Positions 44,101 to 57,570 of a DNA stretch of 64,000 bases are shown piece by piece. The notes beneath the pieces are model-generated. The model was given only the letters and a program-made list of their open reading frames with translations. It was not told the origin of the DNA and did no database searches. A program made the position numbers and the translations under genes. Origin of the DNA: Octopus sinensis (taxonomy: Eukaryota); assembly GCF_006345805.1 (NCBI RefSeq), contig NC_043014.1, forward strand, positions 23,436,001 through 23,500,000, in the 5' to 3' direction. Position 1 is the stretch's first letter. Every line of letters begins with the position of its first letter.

Positions 44101-46264
44101 TTTATTTAAGACTAGCTTCATCTTACCTTATCCTACCACTCATTCTTACTCCCTCAGTTACTTTATCTACTCATTTTTCTGACAAAAATATACCTACACC
44201 ATCCACCCTGTTGCTACTACACAATCAAAAGAATTTGAACCTCTGTTCTTGCTCATGTAGCTGAAGCTCCCCTCCATCTTACCTCTTGCACACAGCACAT
44301 GCCTGCTTCAGCATTTCAGTTCTCTCTCTCTGTCCTTTCTTTCATTGTACCAGCATTGATGGTACTGGTCCTAAATTTTTGTCTTGGAAGGAAGACTTGG
44401 AAAATAGTTCTTGGACAGTTATCAGCACCAGAAAACAGATTTGTGTGAACCTTTGGCAGAGGACTTTAGTACAGGGCTAAATTACTAAATGAATTACGAT
44501 TTTCTCAATCCCACAAACCATCTAAGACAAGCACCAGCAAGGAGTGAAGGAGGGGGCTAGATTTCAGGTTTGCCAGAAGAGAGGAGACAGTACATAGCAA
44601 GGACTAATATCTACATTTGTTACCACACACACACACATCCTGCATACATAAATACGTGTACACATACATGTATACAACTCACATAGCCATGCATGCATGT
44701 AAGCTTGTGGTAGCAAAAGGGAGTACACCAAAATATCATATACATACGTAAAGAAGAAAGAGTGCATAATGAGTTGTCTGTGAACTCAGTTCATGTACAT
44801 TTCAATCAAATGTTATGGGGTGGGGCAGAGAATGGGGAAAGTGGGGACAGAAAGTTCCAGGCTGCTGTTAACTCTATGAGACCCTATTGAAATTATAGTT
44901 CATCTTTAGCGATGTTTTTGTAATGTATGTGTGCATAATGCAATTAAATCAACTTGTTTTCAAATATTACCTACCTTATTTTTCACATGTGTGTCAGAAG
45001 ATTTACTCTCTTTCTCTTTATGTGTATAAGTCTATTCCTTCTGTGATCTTAACAAACAACAGTATATAGCATAATTTTCCAAGTGTAAATTATATTACAT
45101 TTTTGACCTTTGTCTAATAAGATGAAATGGATCACATGTACTCCATTGTAATTTACCTGGTAATGGATCACATGTACTCCATTGTAATTTACCCAGTAAT
45201 TCATATTTACATTAATGATGTATCTGAAACAATGTATTGTTGAAACAGCCATAATGAAGGAATAAATGTAATACCATAACTACCATCCTTGGACTGAGCA
45301 TGAGTGCTCAATACTGCATTGGTGGATAATGATTCTTGTTTATTTGTCTCCATCCAAGATGGAGACAAACACCAATATTCCTTGTGGCAGGCCTGATAAT
45401 TGTTATGGGATTTCTCTCTTAACATGAAACCAATGGTAGCTTTAATCCTTTAGTATTTAAACCAACCGTATCCATCTCAAATATTCTACTTGTTTTATGT
45501 TCAAATGGGCCAGATTTAGCCTCTCACTCTACAATGTTATTCTAAAAATAAACAAACCCATCATCATAATCTTGAAGCCACAAGATAATGCATTATTAAT
45601 TCAAAACAATGTGAATAAATAAGTCTTACATTTGACAGAGTAATCTGAATGCTAAAGGGTTAACTCAGAAATAAAGTATTTTGATTAATTGACTCTACAA
45701 TGATTTAGCACAACTGACAAGATGATGAATGTACAACTGGAAATTTTACATCTTTCTCTAATGTGTTTTGTATTGTTCTTGTTGTTTTCAAAACTGTACA
45801 GATTTCATGGGAAATAACTTCATAAACAATTGATTTGTCAAATTCGTTGTCTTAACAAAACACTTCCTGACTGTTTATTGTAAATCAGACTAAAATACAC
45901 CACCTGGTCTTCATTCATGTATGTATGTATGTACGTACTTAAAAAAAAAAAACATGAAAAAGCTAGGTATGTTATTCTGGAATATTTTTATTGTCTTAGT
46001 GTACATTTCACAGACCTCAACTTTTTATATATGCTATCAATTGACAGTTATAAATAAAGTTTTATTGATATTATTATTATTGTTGTTGTTGTTGATATTA
46101 ATATTGCATTTCATCCTTCCAGAGGTTGATAAAGTACCAGTTAAGTACTAGAGTTGATCTAATCAACTTATTCCTCAAATATTCATTCTTTCACCAATGT
46201 GTTCTCTTGTACATATATGAGTAACTATTATTATTATTATTGTTGTCAGCAAAGTAAGACATGT

Positions 46265-48150
46265 TTTGAGTGCTCCGTAAGTTGGGATTTTGTTGTGACT
46301 TTTTGAAGACTTTTGACTGTTTTGTTTGTCTTTTTGTTTTCTGAACCCCTTTTGGTGTGCAGAAGGGGTTCTTTTGTTGAAAGTTCACCTCAAGATCAAC
46401 TACCCCAAATATAAAGAGATGCGAAGAAAGCTGCAAGCGACTGCAGAAGCAGGGCACCTCCAGCACAGCAGCAGCAGAAACCAACCCCATTACCAACAGC
46501 AGCTGCAACACCACCTCCAGGGCACCAACAACAACAGAGGGAGTACCACCATCAGCCAGAGTAACACCACCAGCTGGTGTACCACAACCACTAGCCAGAG
46601 TACCTCCACCAACACCAGTCAGAGTACCACTACCACCAGTTGGAGTACCACCACTACCACCAGTTGGAGTACCACCACTACCACCAGTAGCAGTACTGTA
46701 TCAGTAGCAGCAGCCAGAAATTAACCCCAGCAAAATGAAGAGCCAGAGAATATCCTTCCCGACCAAAACAACTCGAACTGTTCAAGTACTGCGGTCGAGA
46801 AGGGGGAGTGGCAAACAGTTCCCCCTAAAAAAGAAAAAGAAAGACAAGAGAAGAAAAGAGGGGGCAGTGCAAACAGGAGGAAATTCCCAACGGCAGCAAC
46901 ATGCACGTACAGCAACCAACAACAACAACACAGTACAGAGCACAAACAGACTATGTGAAGCACACACTTCACAGCCATCGACACTGACAACACACACTTT
47001 GTTAAATACATCAGAGAACACAACACCGCACATAAAGATTTTAAAACTAAAGCATGACACCTACAACACATTAAAAATTAACTTTCCAAATGTTGTCGGG
47101 TCATTTCAAAACACATTTTCTAAAAGACCATCTAAAAACCTCATGGAAACGCCCACAACAAAGACGACAGTGTCACCCCTGCCAGATAACAATGGTAAGA
47201 AGAGCTCTTCTCCATTACAATCAGAATAGGTTATATAAATGTCAGGGGCTTTGGCTTGCCCCGGAAACAAGGTCACCTTCTAAATGCTGCTGTCCCTTAG
47301 TGTAGATGTTGCAGCCATTAGTGAATCTAGACTATCCGACCCATAGGACCTCATCACCTTTTCCGGTGGCAATGAGATTTTTCTATCTCTGAGTTGGCCA
47401 GGAAGGCAGTCTTCCTGGATCCAGAAGGCAAGTTGGTGGTCTTAGATGTGAACAGCAGTGATGGCAGTGCTTTCAGACTGGAGGCCGCCTATGCTCCAAC
47501 AGGGGCAGGGCGATCTGATTACTTCAAGCCTCTGGAGGTTTTCCTGGGAACGTCTCGGACTTTAGTATTAGTAGGGGATTGGAACGCTCTCTTAGATGGA
47601 CGTTTCAATTGCGTGGGAGTATCTGATAGGAGAGGAGGGTGCAAAAGCCTCAAAAACCTGCTCACATGTTTTCAGTCGTCCAACAGGTACCAACTAGTTT
47701 ACACAAATGTGGATTTGGACAAACTGCATCAGGTCACCTAGATCGTATCTAGATAGGGTATTCTGTAGGCCAGCAGACAAGGATAGCATAGGTTATCCAC
47801 AATTTCACATGGTTGGCTACACAGACCACAAATTTGTGATCTGCACAGTCAACTTAGATAGGCTTCATTGATAGGGTCCCGGCTACTGGAAGCTGAACAC
47901 ATTGTTAACAGCAAGGCAAGCTTACAGAGACCAGATTAGCAAATTAGTTAAGCAGATGATGACGGGGGCAATTGTCAACAACAACTGGTGGTTTGCTCTT
48001 AAAAGGGCAATTAGAGTAGAATCAATTAGGTTTAGCAAGGCATTAGCAGTAGAGAGAAATAGAATAGAGGGAGATTTCCTTAGAACTTTTTGATGAGGCA
48101 CTTAGGACAGGCATCACAACTGACATGTTGGCAGCGAGAGTGGCTCTCGA
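46265..48150 (+). mobile_element. L1/Tx1-clade non-LTR retrotransposon 5' part (ORF1 remnant and APE endonuclease)
   Basis: Pro/Thr-rich ORF1 remnant with 21-bp repeats; APE motifs IGYINVRG, AAISESRL, AYAPTG, LVGDWNA, YLDRV, TDHK, GYWKLNTLL. Confidence 0.85.
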
Positions 48151-48830
48151 CCAAACATTTCTTTATGCAATTATCTTCATCTATATGCATCACATAACCA
48201 CAGTCTTCTCTCTTGCACACTACATTTCATGCCTCTTACACCCAATTTTTCTCTCAACACATTTTCACTCTGTCATACATTCTGACATTGCACATCCATC
48301 AGTTTCAGTCATTGCTAAATTAATTCAAAAGCTCTTTAATTCCAGGCCTTGCTCCCATACCTGAAATTTCTTCTCTAATTTTACTATAGATCCATCTGTA
48401 AGAAACAGGTCTTAGTATAGAGAAGCTCTTATAGGCAATCCATTTTAAGTAATTCTGTTATGGGCTATGATAAACAAGAAGGGGGCTAAGAACCACACCT
48501 CAGTGAACTCCTACTTGCACACTAAATTCATTGCTATTCTCGGTGCTGACTTTTACCTTACTGAGAGCATCCTTGTACATGGCTTGGGTAACTCTCTCCT
48601 GCCACTTATTTATCCCTAGCTTCCACAGTGACCATCAGATGAAGGAGTGAGGGACCCTGTCAAAGACTTTATCCATATCAATGAATAGAGGTTTATTTTT
48701 GATTAAATGCTTCTTCTGCAGTTGTCTAATTAAGAAGATAGCATCAGAAGTGCTTCTCTCTGGCACAAAACCAAACTGCATCTCATCTATGCTAATTCTC
48801 TTCATAATTAATTGAGCCATAACCCTTTCC
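48150..48830 (-). mobile_element. RTE fragments
   Basis: MQFGFVPERSTSDAIFLIRQLQKKHL...DMDKVFDRVP and downstream RT segments on minus. Confidence 0.8.
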
Positions 48831-48859
48831 CTTACTTACATTAGGCCAATGACTGACAA

Positions 48860-50457
48860 GTATATGTGTAAGTATATGTGTCTGTCAGTATATATACAAA
48901 AATTTTTGGAAATTTTTGTCAGAATCATAATCTCCGTATTTTTCCGCATATTTTGAAAAAAAAAATTCTGAAAAAGTTTTAAAAATGAAGGAAATGGGAG
49001 AGGGAATGGTAATTTAAAAATGCTGATTTTTGCCAATTTTTTTGCAGATTCGTATCCTCCGTAGCCGGTAAGCTTATCGATAAGGACAAACATTTTTAAC
49101 TTACCAGTAACAATTTTTACCCAATTTTTTAACCAAACAAAAACTTCGATTCAATACATACAGGAAATAATAAACTAGTTCAGGGGAGACAATTCCCATA
49201 AAACAGTTCAAGGGAAAAAACTGTGTTTATATTTTTTTTATTTGACAATGAAAGTTATTTTATTAGAGTCGTTACATATTCAACAGACTCACGATCAAAG
49301 GGTTTACACTCCTAACGATTTCGTCGTTTCTAAGAAGGGAAAATTTGAGGGAAAATTCGCGGTTAATACAAAGATCTTCACCCGTTAACAACAAAAAAAA
49401 AAAACAGCCTGTTGGGTGTTAACAACTGTGTAGAAAACGAATATGACAAAATAAAAAATGTGTGCAAACGAACCTGGTAGGGTGGGGAGAGGAGTTTCAA
49501 AAAATTCACTTTATAATCATAATATATGCCGTTTGAAAGATATTTCTATAAAATTTCATTGAAAAGTTATGAGGGAAAAACTCGGATTTTGTGAATTTTT
49601 CGAAGTCCTCTCCCCACCATCCCGTTGCTTTACGCGCATATTTTTTTTTCACATTCGTTTCCTACACATTGTTTTACACCCATTCCAATATTTGGGGGGT
49701 GATTTTTATTGGATCTTTTCGGTTTGAACGGCAGTTTGTAACATAATTTCTAGGTAACTAAAACATTTTAAACTTCGTATACTGGTAGAATGTGTTTATA
49801 AAACATCTTTTTCTCTTGGCTTTATTGAGAAAATTCTATAGTTTGTAAGATATTTGTTGTTTTTCTTCAATTTCTGCAATTTCAACCAATCAATGACGTC
49901 TATTGAGGTGAAAACATTCTGTGCCGTATGAATATGTCCCTCGTTTAAGAAACAGATTGGGTTTATTTACATTTGTGAAGAAAAAAAGATACCCTTCCCC
50001 CACCCTTAACCCTAACCCTAAATCTAAAATAGATTGAAATGCTAGGGCCATAATTATGGGTGACAATTTCGTACGACACCGCTAGAAATAAATCCCATTT
50101 TCCGTAGCGGTGTCGTATGAAATTGTCACCCATAATTATAACCCTAGTATCGAGGGGTGGGGGGGGGGAAGAGTATCTTTTTTTCTTCAGAAATGTAAAT
50201 AAACTCAATCTGTTTCTTAAATGAGGGACATATTCATACAGCACAGTATGTTTTCACCTCAATAGACGTCATTGATTGGTTGAAATTGCAGAAATTGAAG
50301 AAAAAACAACAAATATCATACAAACTATAGAATTTTCTCAATAAAGCCAAGAGAAAATTATGTTTTATAAACACATTCTACCAGTATACGAAGTTTAAAA
50401 GTGTTTAGTTACGTGGAAATTATTTTAAAAAACTGCTGTTCAAACCAAAAAGATCCA
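48860..50457. mobile_element. Unclassified non-autonomous foldback element with nested inverted repeats
   Basis: IR 49709-50076 / ~50098-50457 (about 370-bp arms); second, more diverged IR ~49405-49510 / 49590-49690; CCCTAACCCTAA inside one arm. Confidence 0.75.
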
Positions 50458-52310
50458 TATACTTTTATATACATATATATATAAGTTCTTTATTCTCTTG
50501 GCAAGATACCTATTCTTAACCTTCACGATGAATGCAACTTCTCTTGTATTCATAGGACTAAATTTGTATTCTCAAAATACCGATATAATATAATTTAAAA
50601 ATCAACATAATTTTAACCCCAGCTTTATGTATGGATATATATTTGCCCTTACATTAATATTCATATATATCTTATCCCTGCATTAATATTCATCTATATC
50701 TTATATATTAACTTATTTATCCCTATTAAATTTAATCTAAATTCTATGGTCAACCCAATTTATCTAACTTTTACCAGGTGTGTGTGTGTAAGTTATATGG
50801 ATTTATGGTCTCCATTCTCTAATTCTTTTCAATATTAACTAACATAATTATTTACCTTTAATAAGTTCTCAATTCAGGATATAATATTAATTTATCAGAT
50901 ATATGTTCTGATTTCCACATACATTATGTAAAATACTCTTTGGTTTTAACCTGGGTTAATTCCTTATTTTTTATCTTTTATCCTAATCTGTATTGATAAT
51001 AACATTTTATTCCACAAAATTTCTTATTTTCCTACGTTATATTTATTATACCTTGCATTTATCACTGTCATGTATTGTTAGTACATCCTTTAAATAGCAT
51101 AATAATTCTTTGTTAGGTTTAAAATTAACTATTATTTTATTATTTTATTGCATTTATTGTATTTTGTCTTATTTGATTTAATTTACTTTTCTTATTCCTT
51201 CACCTTTATATAATTACATTTTGCATGTAAGTTAATCTACCTAGTTGAATGTATGTTATGTCTTGTAATATACTCTGATTAGTTTATTTGATTTAATTTA
51301 CTTAACTTCTTTCATATTCTTTCTTTGTATAAAATTACATTTTGCATGTAATGTTGATCTACCAAATTAAATAAATGCTGTGTAATATAACATCAATAAT
51401 ATTAATATGCCAATTTGTTTTTTGTATGTACCTGACATGTTTGTCATGCTTAAGAAAAAGAAATTGAACTAAAATTGATCCCTGGTTATTAAAGGCCCAA
51501 CCATGCGCACACACACAAACACACACGCATGCACACATTTGTTTTAGGTCTTCTACCCTTGTGAATTTGACCATACACCAGATAACTTGTTAAGGCTTAT
51601 GTTCCAAAATTTAAATTTTGAATTTGTTTTAATTATAACATTACACCTCAGCTAAAAAGCATCTTTTGGCTTCTGAATACAACCTTTTCTTTCTCTTTCT
51701 ATATTTTTCGTTAAGTTAAAATTTCTCTATTTTGGTCAAGATTTTTCCAATTTCTCTTTTCTTGTATCAAGTAATGGACAAAAGCATTTAAAAGAAAAAT
51801 TAAATTCACAGGGCCAAACAAAATCAAATATATTGATTCTATTTTTTTCCTTTTTCATAATACAAGGGATTAGTATGAGAGAGATTTAGCTGTTATTTCT
51901 AGAAAATTGAACAACCACACAGAGTTGTTCAATTGGCTCATTTGTTGATGTGTACAAGTAAGCAAAAGTTAAAACACACACACACACTCATATATATATA
52001 TATATAATAAAGGGTTAATTGCAATAAGTTGCTCAAAACCACATACCGAAAATATTAGAAATGGCAGCCAAATAGGTCACCATTTCTCCTACTAGTAAAA
52101 AAGTCTCCACAAACAACCAGAATTTGCAACCCGTATATGGTAAAGAGAAAGAAAATAACGAAATCACAGCCTATTTGGATTAATTATAGACGAAATTTGT
52201 TTCTTTATTATAATTAATATAATCCTTACCAAATATGGTCTTTTCCATACCAATAAAACTACTAGGTGAAATTTATTAATTTTATTAAATTAATTATATT
52301 TCACCCTTTT

Positions 52311-52354
<44 letters not shown>

Positions 52355-53008
52355 AATGTATGTGTGTGTGTATGCAATAAGTATCGCATGGTGGAAATAA
52401 TTGCAACTTTCTAATTTGCTAAGTTAGAATTTCTCTGTTTTGCACAGGATTTTTCCAATTTCTTTTTCCTTGTATCAAGCGATTGATGAAAGCATTTAAA
52501 AAAATCAAATCCATAGAGCCAAGCAAAATCAAAAATATTAATTGTATTTTTTCCCTTTACTTTTTACTTTCCTACAATATAATCAATTACCATATCCTAT
52601 ATACAATGTCCTTGCATATTAGGTGAGTATTTCAGAAAAGTTTTCACCTTTTAATCAAAAACTGTCTAATACATTTGTATATGTTTTTCAGTTGAAACAC
52701 TCTGAATCATTTTGGAGATTTGTTGATTAATAACAAGTATTAAAATATGGATAATCGCATGAGGGATGCAGCATATCCTACAGCATAGGAGGGAAAGAAA
52801 TCAGCACAAGATAGAATAAATGAGCCAGAACCAAAGAGAAGTGTATTTTCAAAATAAGATAGAGATCAACAGAATCGAGAACATGAATCAAGAGCAACAG
52901 TAGCTGTACTTAGAAAATATGAGAAACAGAAGTGGATCTCTCTCAGCATACCAGCAAAACATAAAATCGCACCAGCTAGCATCACCACCACCTCCAAGCC
53001 CATCATAT

Positions 53009-53054
<46 letters not shown>

Positions 53055-53057
<3 letters not shown>

Positions 53058-54578
53058 CACAACATCCTCAATACGCTGCACCCATCTATCAATTTCACAA
53101 TAGATACCAGCCACAACGAACTTCCCTTCCTAGACATCAACATCAAAATACACAACTCCATCGTCACAACAGACATCCACTACAAAAAAACTGACACACA
53201 TCAATACTTAAATTTCCACTCCTGCCACCCATCCCACACAAAAAGAAACATCCCATATAGTATGGCACGACGAATATGTAGCATAGTAACTGATTCACAA
53301 ATACGATTAATAAGACTAGATGAACTCAAAAGCTTCCTCCTAGAGCAAAAATACCCCCTTAAACTAATAGAAAATGGAATCACAAGAGCATTAAAACTAG
53401 ACATCACACAACTCAGGACACCCAAAACAAAAAACAAAGAAAACACTATCCCTTTTATAAACACACACAACCCTGGAGTTACCAACATCTTCCAAACCAT
53501 ACATTCAAACCTACCAATAGCCTTACAGAGCCCCAAAATGAAAAACATATTAAACAAATATAGCATAAAAAACAGTAGACGACAGGACAAAAACCTAAAA
53601 AAACACCTAACAAGAGCGAAATTCTCTTCAGAAACTAAAACGGAATTCTTTGCAAAAGAGTGCGGAGATGGTAGATGTGGGACCTGCAGCAACCCCACCT
53701 ACAAATACATAGAGAGCAACAGAGAGATAAGATTTAAAAATGGTGTCATATTCAAAGTAAATGCAGATATGAACTGCAAGACGCAGAACGTCATATACTG
53801 CATAACCTGCCCCACATGCAAGGAGAATTACGTAGGAGAAACTGGTAATTCTTTGTGCCAGCGAGCCAGGATCCACCGACAACATATTCGGCAGGAAGAA
53901 CTACGCAAAATACCACTAAGCACACACCTAGCTACATGTGGAGAAGGAAAATTTAAGATATTTCCCTTCTACAAGTGTCCGAAGAATGACACCCCCTTCA
54001 GGAGGAATATGGAAAAACATTTCATAGCTAAGTTCTCCCCCAAATAAATGGCTGAAACTTTACTCAACATACATTGAAGGAAAAATCTGTGTGTGTGTAG
54101 ATGTGTGTATTGCCTGTTATATACATCATATTATATTATTATCTTTATAATTCACTTCCATCTTTACCCTTTAATTGTCACTTTAGTTTTAACTTTCCTA
54201 TGACATACAACTTTCAAGATGGTATAATTTGGTTGTTCATTTTGAACCGATAAAAAGGTTTTTTCAAATATTTTATGTATAAGTCTGTGTGTGTGTATAT
54301 ATATGTGTTGGTATAAATATCAACACACAAAAATATTTTTTCTTCTCCACTTCCTCCCTTATTTTTATTTTATTTTATTTTTTATTTTTTTATTTTTTAT
54401 TCTTTATATTTTTATTTATTCTTTATATTTTTTTATTTTATTTTTTATTTTTTGTTTTTATTTTATTTTATTTTATTTTTTTATTTTTTTAATTTTTTAT
54501 TTTTATTATTATTATTTTTATTTTCCCTTTTCTCTTTTTGTCTCTCTCCCCTTCTCCAAACACACAGACACACACACA

Positions 54579-54612
<34 letters not shown>

Positions 54613-54838
54613 AACACACACAGACACACAGAGACACACACACACACACACACCTCCACAGAATGATCATAGAAAGTGTGACCCCAAATGACATTTGCCA
54701 GGCCAACCTATGCACAACACACACTCAGTGACATTGAAATGGACAGCCAAAGTTCTTATAAAACCACAGGGGGTCCAGCAGACCAACGGAAATAACACTT
54801 CTTCACTCTCAGATATAAATGCGCACACACACACACAC

Positions 54839-54876
<38 letters not shown>

Positions 54877-55070
54877 ACATATTTTCTCTCTGCCTCACTT
54901 CCTCCTCAACCACTACTACGAAACTATAAAAAGGTTCAAACTACCCACAACTGATTTGATTTGAAAACCCACTAGAATGGGAGCAAGCGCTAATCCGAAT
55001 GATATGATATATATGTAAAAAATGTAATATATAAATAAATATCTACAAATATGAACCATCTGATCTGATT
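53055..55070 (+). mobile_element. Penelope-like element, 5'-truncated: RT C-terminus + GIY-YIG endonuclease + 3' UTR
   Basis: Uninterrupted frame 53055-54047: FHNILNTLHPSINFT...LPFLD...YKKTDTHQYL...CHP, then NVIYCITCPTCKENYVGETG..R..H...E (GIY-YIG); starts inside (TA)n; 3' end approximate. Confidence 0.92.
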
Positions 55071-55078
55071 ACCTCAAT

Positions 55079-55111
<33 letters not shown>

Positions 55112-55276
55112 CTACATCTATCACTAGATATCTATATATAAATATATCTATACTTATAAATTTGACAGGGGTGATTCTTTCTTTTCTTGGAATTCATGGT
55201 CAAACAGCTGGGTGGAATTGCATGAAAAATTACACAAATGTGTAGAATGATCCAGTGGTGATGCTGGGCTTTGCAT

Positions 55277-55557
55277 TTTTTTCATAGCTCCCATGGTTAC
55301 CGAGATAATCTACTATAATATACTCTCGTGTTTATGAATGAGAAAGGAAGGTGTGATGTCATATTTCTTTAATAGCTCCTATGGCTACCGAGATATTCTA
55401 CTATAATAATACTCGTCTTTATGAATGAGAAAGGAAGAAGTGATAGATGAATAAGGAAGGAAGGGGTGATGTCATATTTTTTCATAGCTTCCATGGTTAC
55501 CGAGATAATCTACTATAATAATACTCTTGTGTTTATGAATGAGAAAGGAAGGGGTGA
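55277..55557. repeat. Degenerate ~90-bp tandem repeat x3
   Basis: TTCATAGCTCCCATGGTTACCGAGATAATCTACTATAATA...TTTATGAATGAGAAAGGAAG occurs three times. Confidence 0.85.
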
Positions 55558-55724
55558 GCGTTTCAACTCTGAATATATGCATGTGTATGTAAAAGGGGGA
55601 GGGGTATGTGAATGTGTGTGTGTTTGTGTGCGCGCTCAATGGAAATGAGATGGGTCGTCTTTCTTTGCTTAGCATTTAGGTTTACTTTTTCATTTGGTTG
55701 AAACTTTTCCAGGTGTCCCCGTTA

Positions 55725-57570
55725 TCTGAACATCTCCCCAGCTGAACTCTCAGTCCTTCGATGTCACTGATGCCGCACTGACATCATCATAAAACCGGCT
55801 GACAAGGGTGGAGCTGTGGTGATGTGGCGCACAGACCTCTACAAGGCCGAAGCCCTCTGCCCTCTAACCCCACGACCAGCTACCAACAGACTGTGTCCTC
55901 CACTATCCATGACCTTATCTTTTCTTCTTGCCTCCCCCACCACCTCAACCTCATTGTCCACACCCCTTGCACCCCCACTGTTTACTTCCTCCCAAAAATC
56001 CACAAACCTAACAACTCTGGCCACCCCATCGTCTCCGCCTGCAACTGCCCCAACAAACTCATCCCCAGATATCTTGACCATGTCCTTGCCCCCCTAGTGG
56101 CTTCCCTCCCCTCTCACATCCATGATACCAACCACGTGCTTCGTTTGTTCAACTCTTTCTCCTTCCCTCCTGGCCCCTCTAAACTTCTCTTCACTCTCGA
56201 CATCCAGAGCCTTTACATGGTGATCCCTCACGAGGGGCTGCGTGCACTCCAACATTTCCTTGACCTTCGACCCAACCCCCAACCCGACACATCCACACTC
56301 ATTTGTCTGGCTGAACTTGTCCTCTCACTCAACTGCTTCTCATTCACTGGTGATTTCTACCAGCAGTCTTAGGGGTCGCCATGGGAACAAGAATGGGCCC
56401 CAACTATGCAAACCTGTTCGTTGGCTACGCTGAGGCCCAAATATTCTCAATTTCCCTGGTCACACTCCCGAACTATATGGCCATTACATTGACGACTGTA
56501 TCAGTGCGACCTCACTCTCTTGCAAACATCTGGACTCCTCCTCTTTTGTCAAATCTTTCCATCCTGCCCTCCACTTCTCCTGTACAATCACATCACCAAC
56601 TCCTTCACCTGCACTTCTACCAATGTCATCTATTGCATCACCTGCTCTCTCTGCCCTTCTCTGACCAGTTCGCAGAACACCTCCGAGACATCTGACTCAG
56701 CAATGATACCCCGGATGGCACCATTTCCACTCTACCGGTCACTCTTTGCAACATCTGTCTGTGTTCGGATTGTCCTTGTACAGGGGCCATCCGGACTCCA
56801 GTTTGCACCATGAACAGGGATTAATCTTCTTTCTTCACTCCTTTGCACCAAATAGGCTCAACTCTCCTCCCATCTTCATCTAACCTCCTCGCCTTGCCTC
56901 TCTCCCCCTCATACCTACTTTTTTCCACCCACCTCTCCTCTCTTGCTCCGATTCCTACTTCTCTTCACTCCTACCCACCTTTTCCTTCCCCCTTCTTTCG
57001 TAACCCCACCTCACCCCTATGCATTCCAACCCCACTTTCCCTATCCCTCCCATCCACCCCACCCTTACACCCACTCCCACATACCCCACCTCTACCCCCA
57101 CCTTCAGTCTAACCCACGCCCCACCCTTGCTTTCCACTCTTGCCTCCCTCACCTCCCAACACCATCACACTACTACACCATACCACATTTCACATCACAG
57201 CACCATGCACAGACCACTTCCCAGCCCCACACCTTAAAACCTACACATATAAACATCAAGGTCACCAGCCCTCTTCCAAACACACATACTCTCTTATACA
57301 CACACATACGCACCTTCGTTTTGGGATCACTACTACTTTATTATCTCCCTTTCTTCCAAGCTCTCCTGTGTGACCCTTCTGTCCGGCATTCGCCATAATA
57401 GATCACTAGCCACTACATATTCTTTATTTTCTCTCTTTGTTTCTTTCTGTGTTCCTTACTGTGGAAGAGCATAGGCTCGAAACGTTAAAGACTTTTTCAC
57501 TTCTCAAGCATCAAACTAATACATCTGTTTGTTGTCTACACCACCTGTCTACGTCTTTTGTTTTTTTGTG
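55725..57570 (+). mobile_element. Penelope-like element, decayed and internally deleted
   Basis: IIIKPADKGGAVVMW, YFLPKIHK, HPIVS, LFTLDIQSLY, GVAMGTRMGPNYANLF, YIDD; jumps at ~56582 to the GIY-YIG start (TCTSTNVIYCITC); 3' terminal repeat with hammerhead-like motif. Confidence 0.9.
57455..57490 (+). ncRNA. Degenerate Penelope-type hammerhead ribozyme motif
   Basis: CTTA CTGTGGA A GAGC atag GCTC GAAA CGT T AAAG: 4-bp helix II, palindromic ACGT helix III; core A6 is T and the first helix I pair is mismatched. Confidence 0.5.

Noticed and set aside
45700-45852. Minus-strand peptide NEFDKSIVYEVISHEICTVLK resembling a cadherin repeat start
   Set aside because: It lacks the NxPxF and DxD calcium-binding motifs and has no flanking cadherin sequence; likely coincidence.
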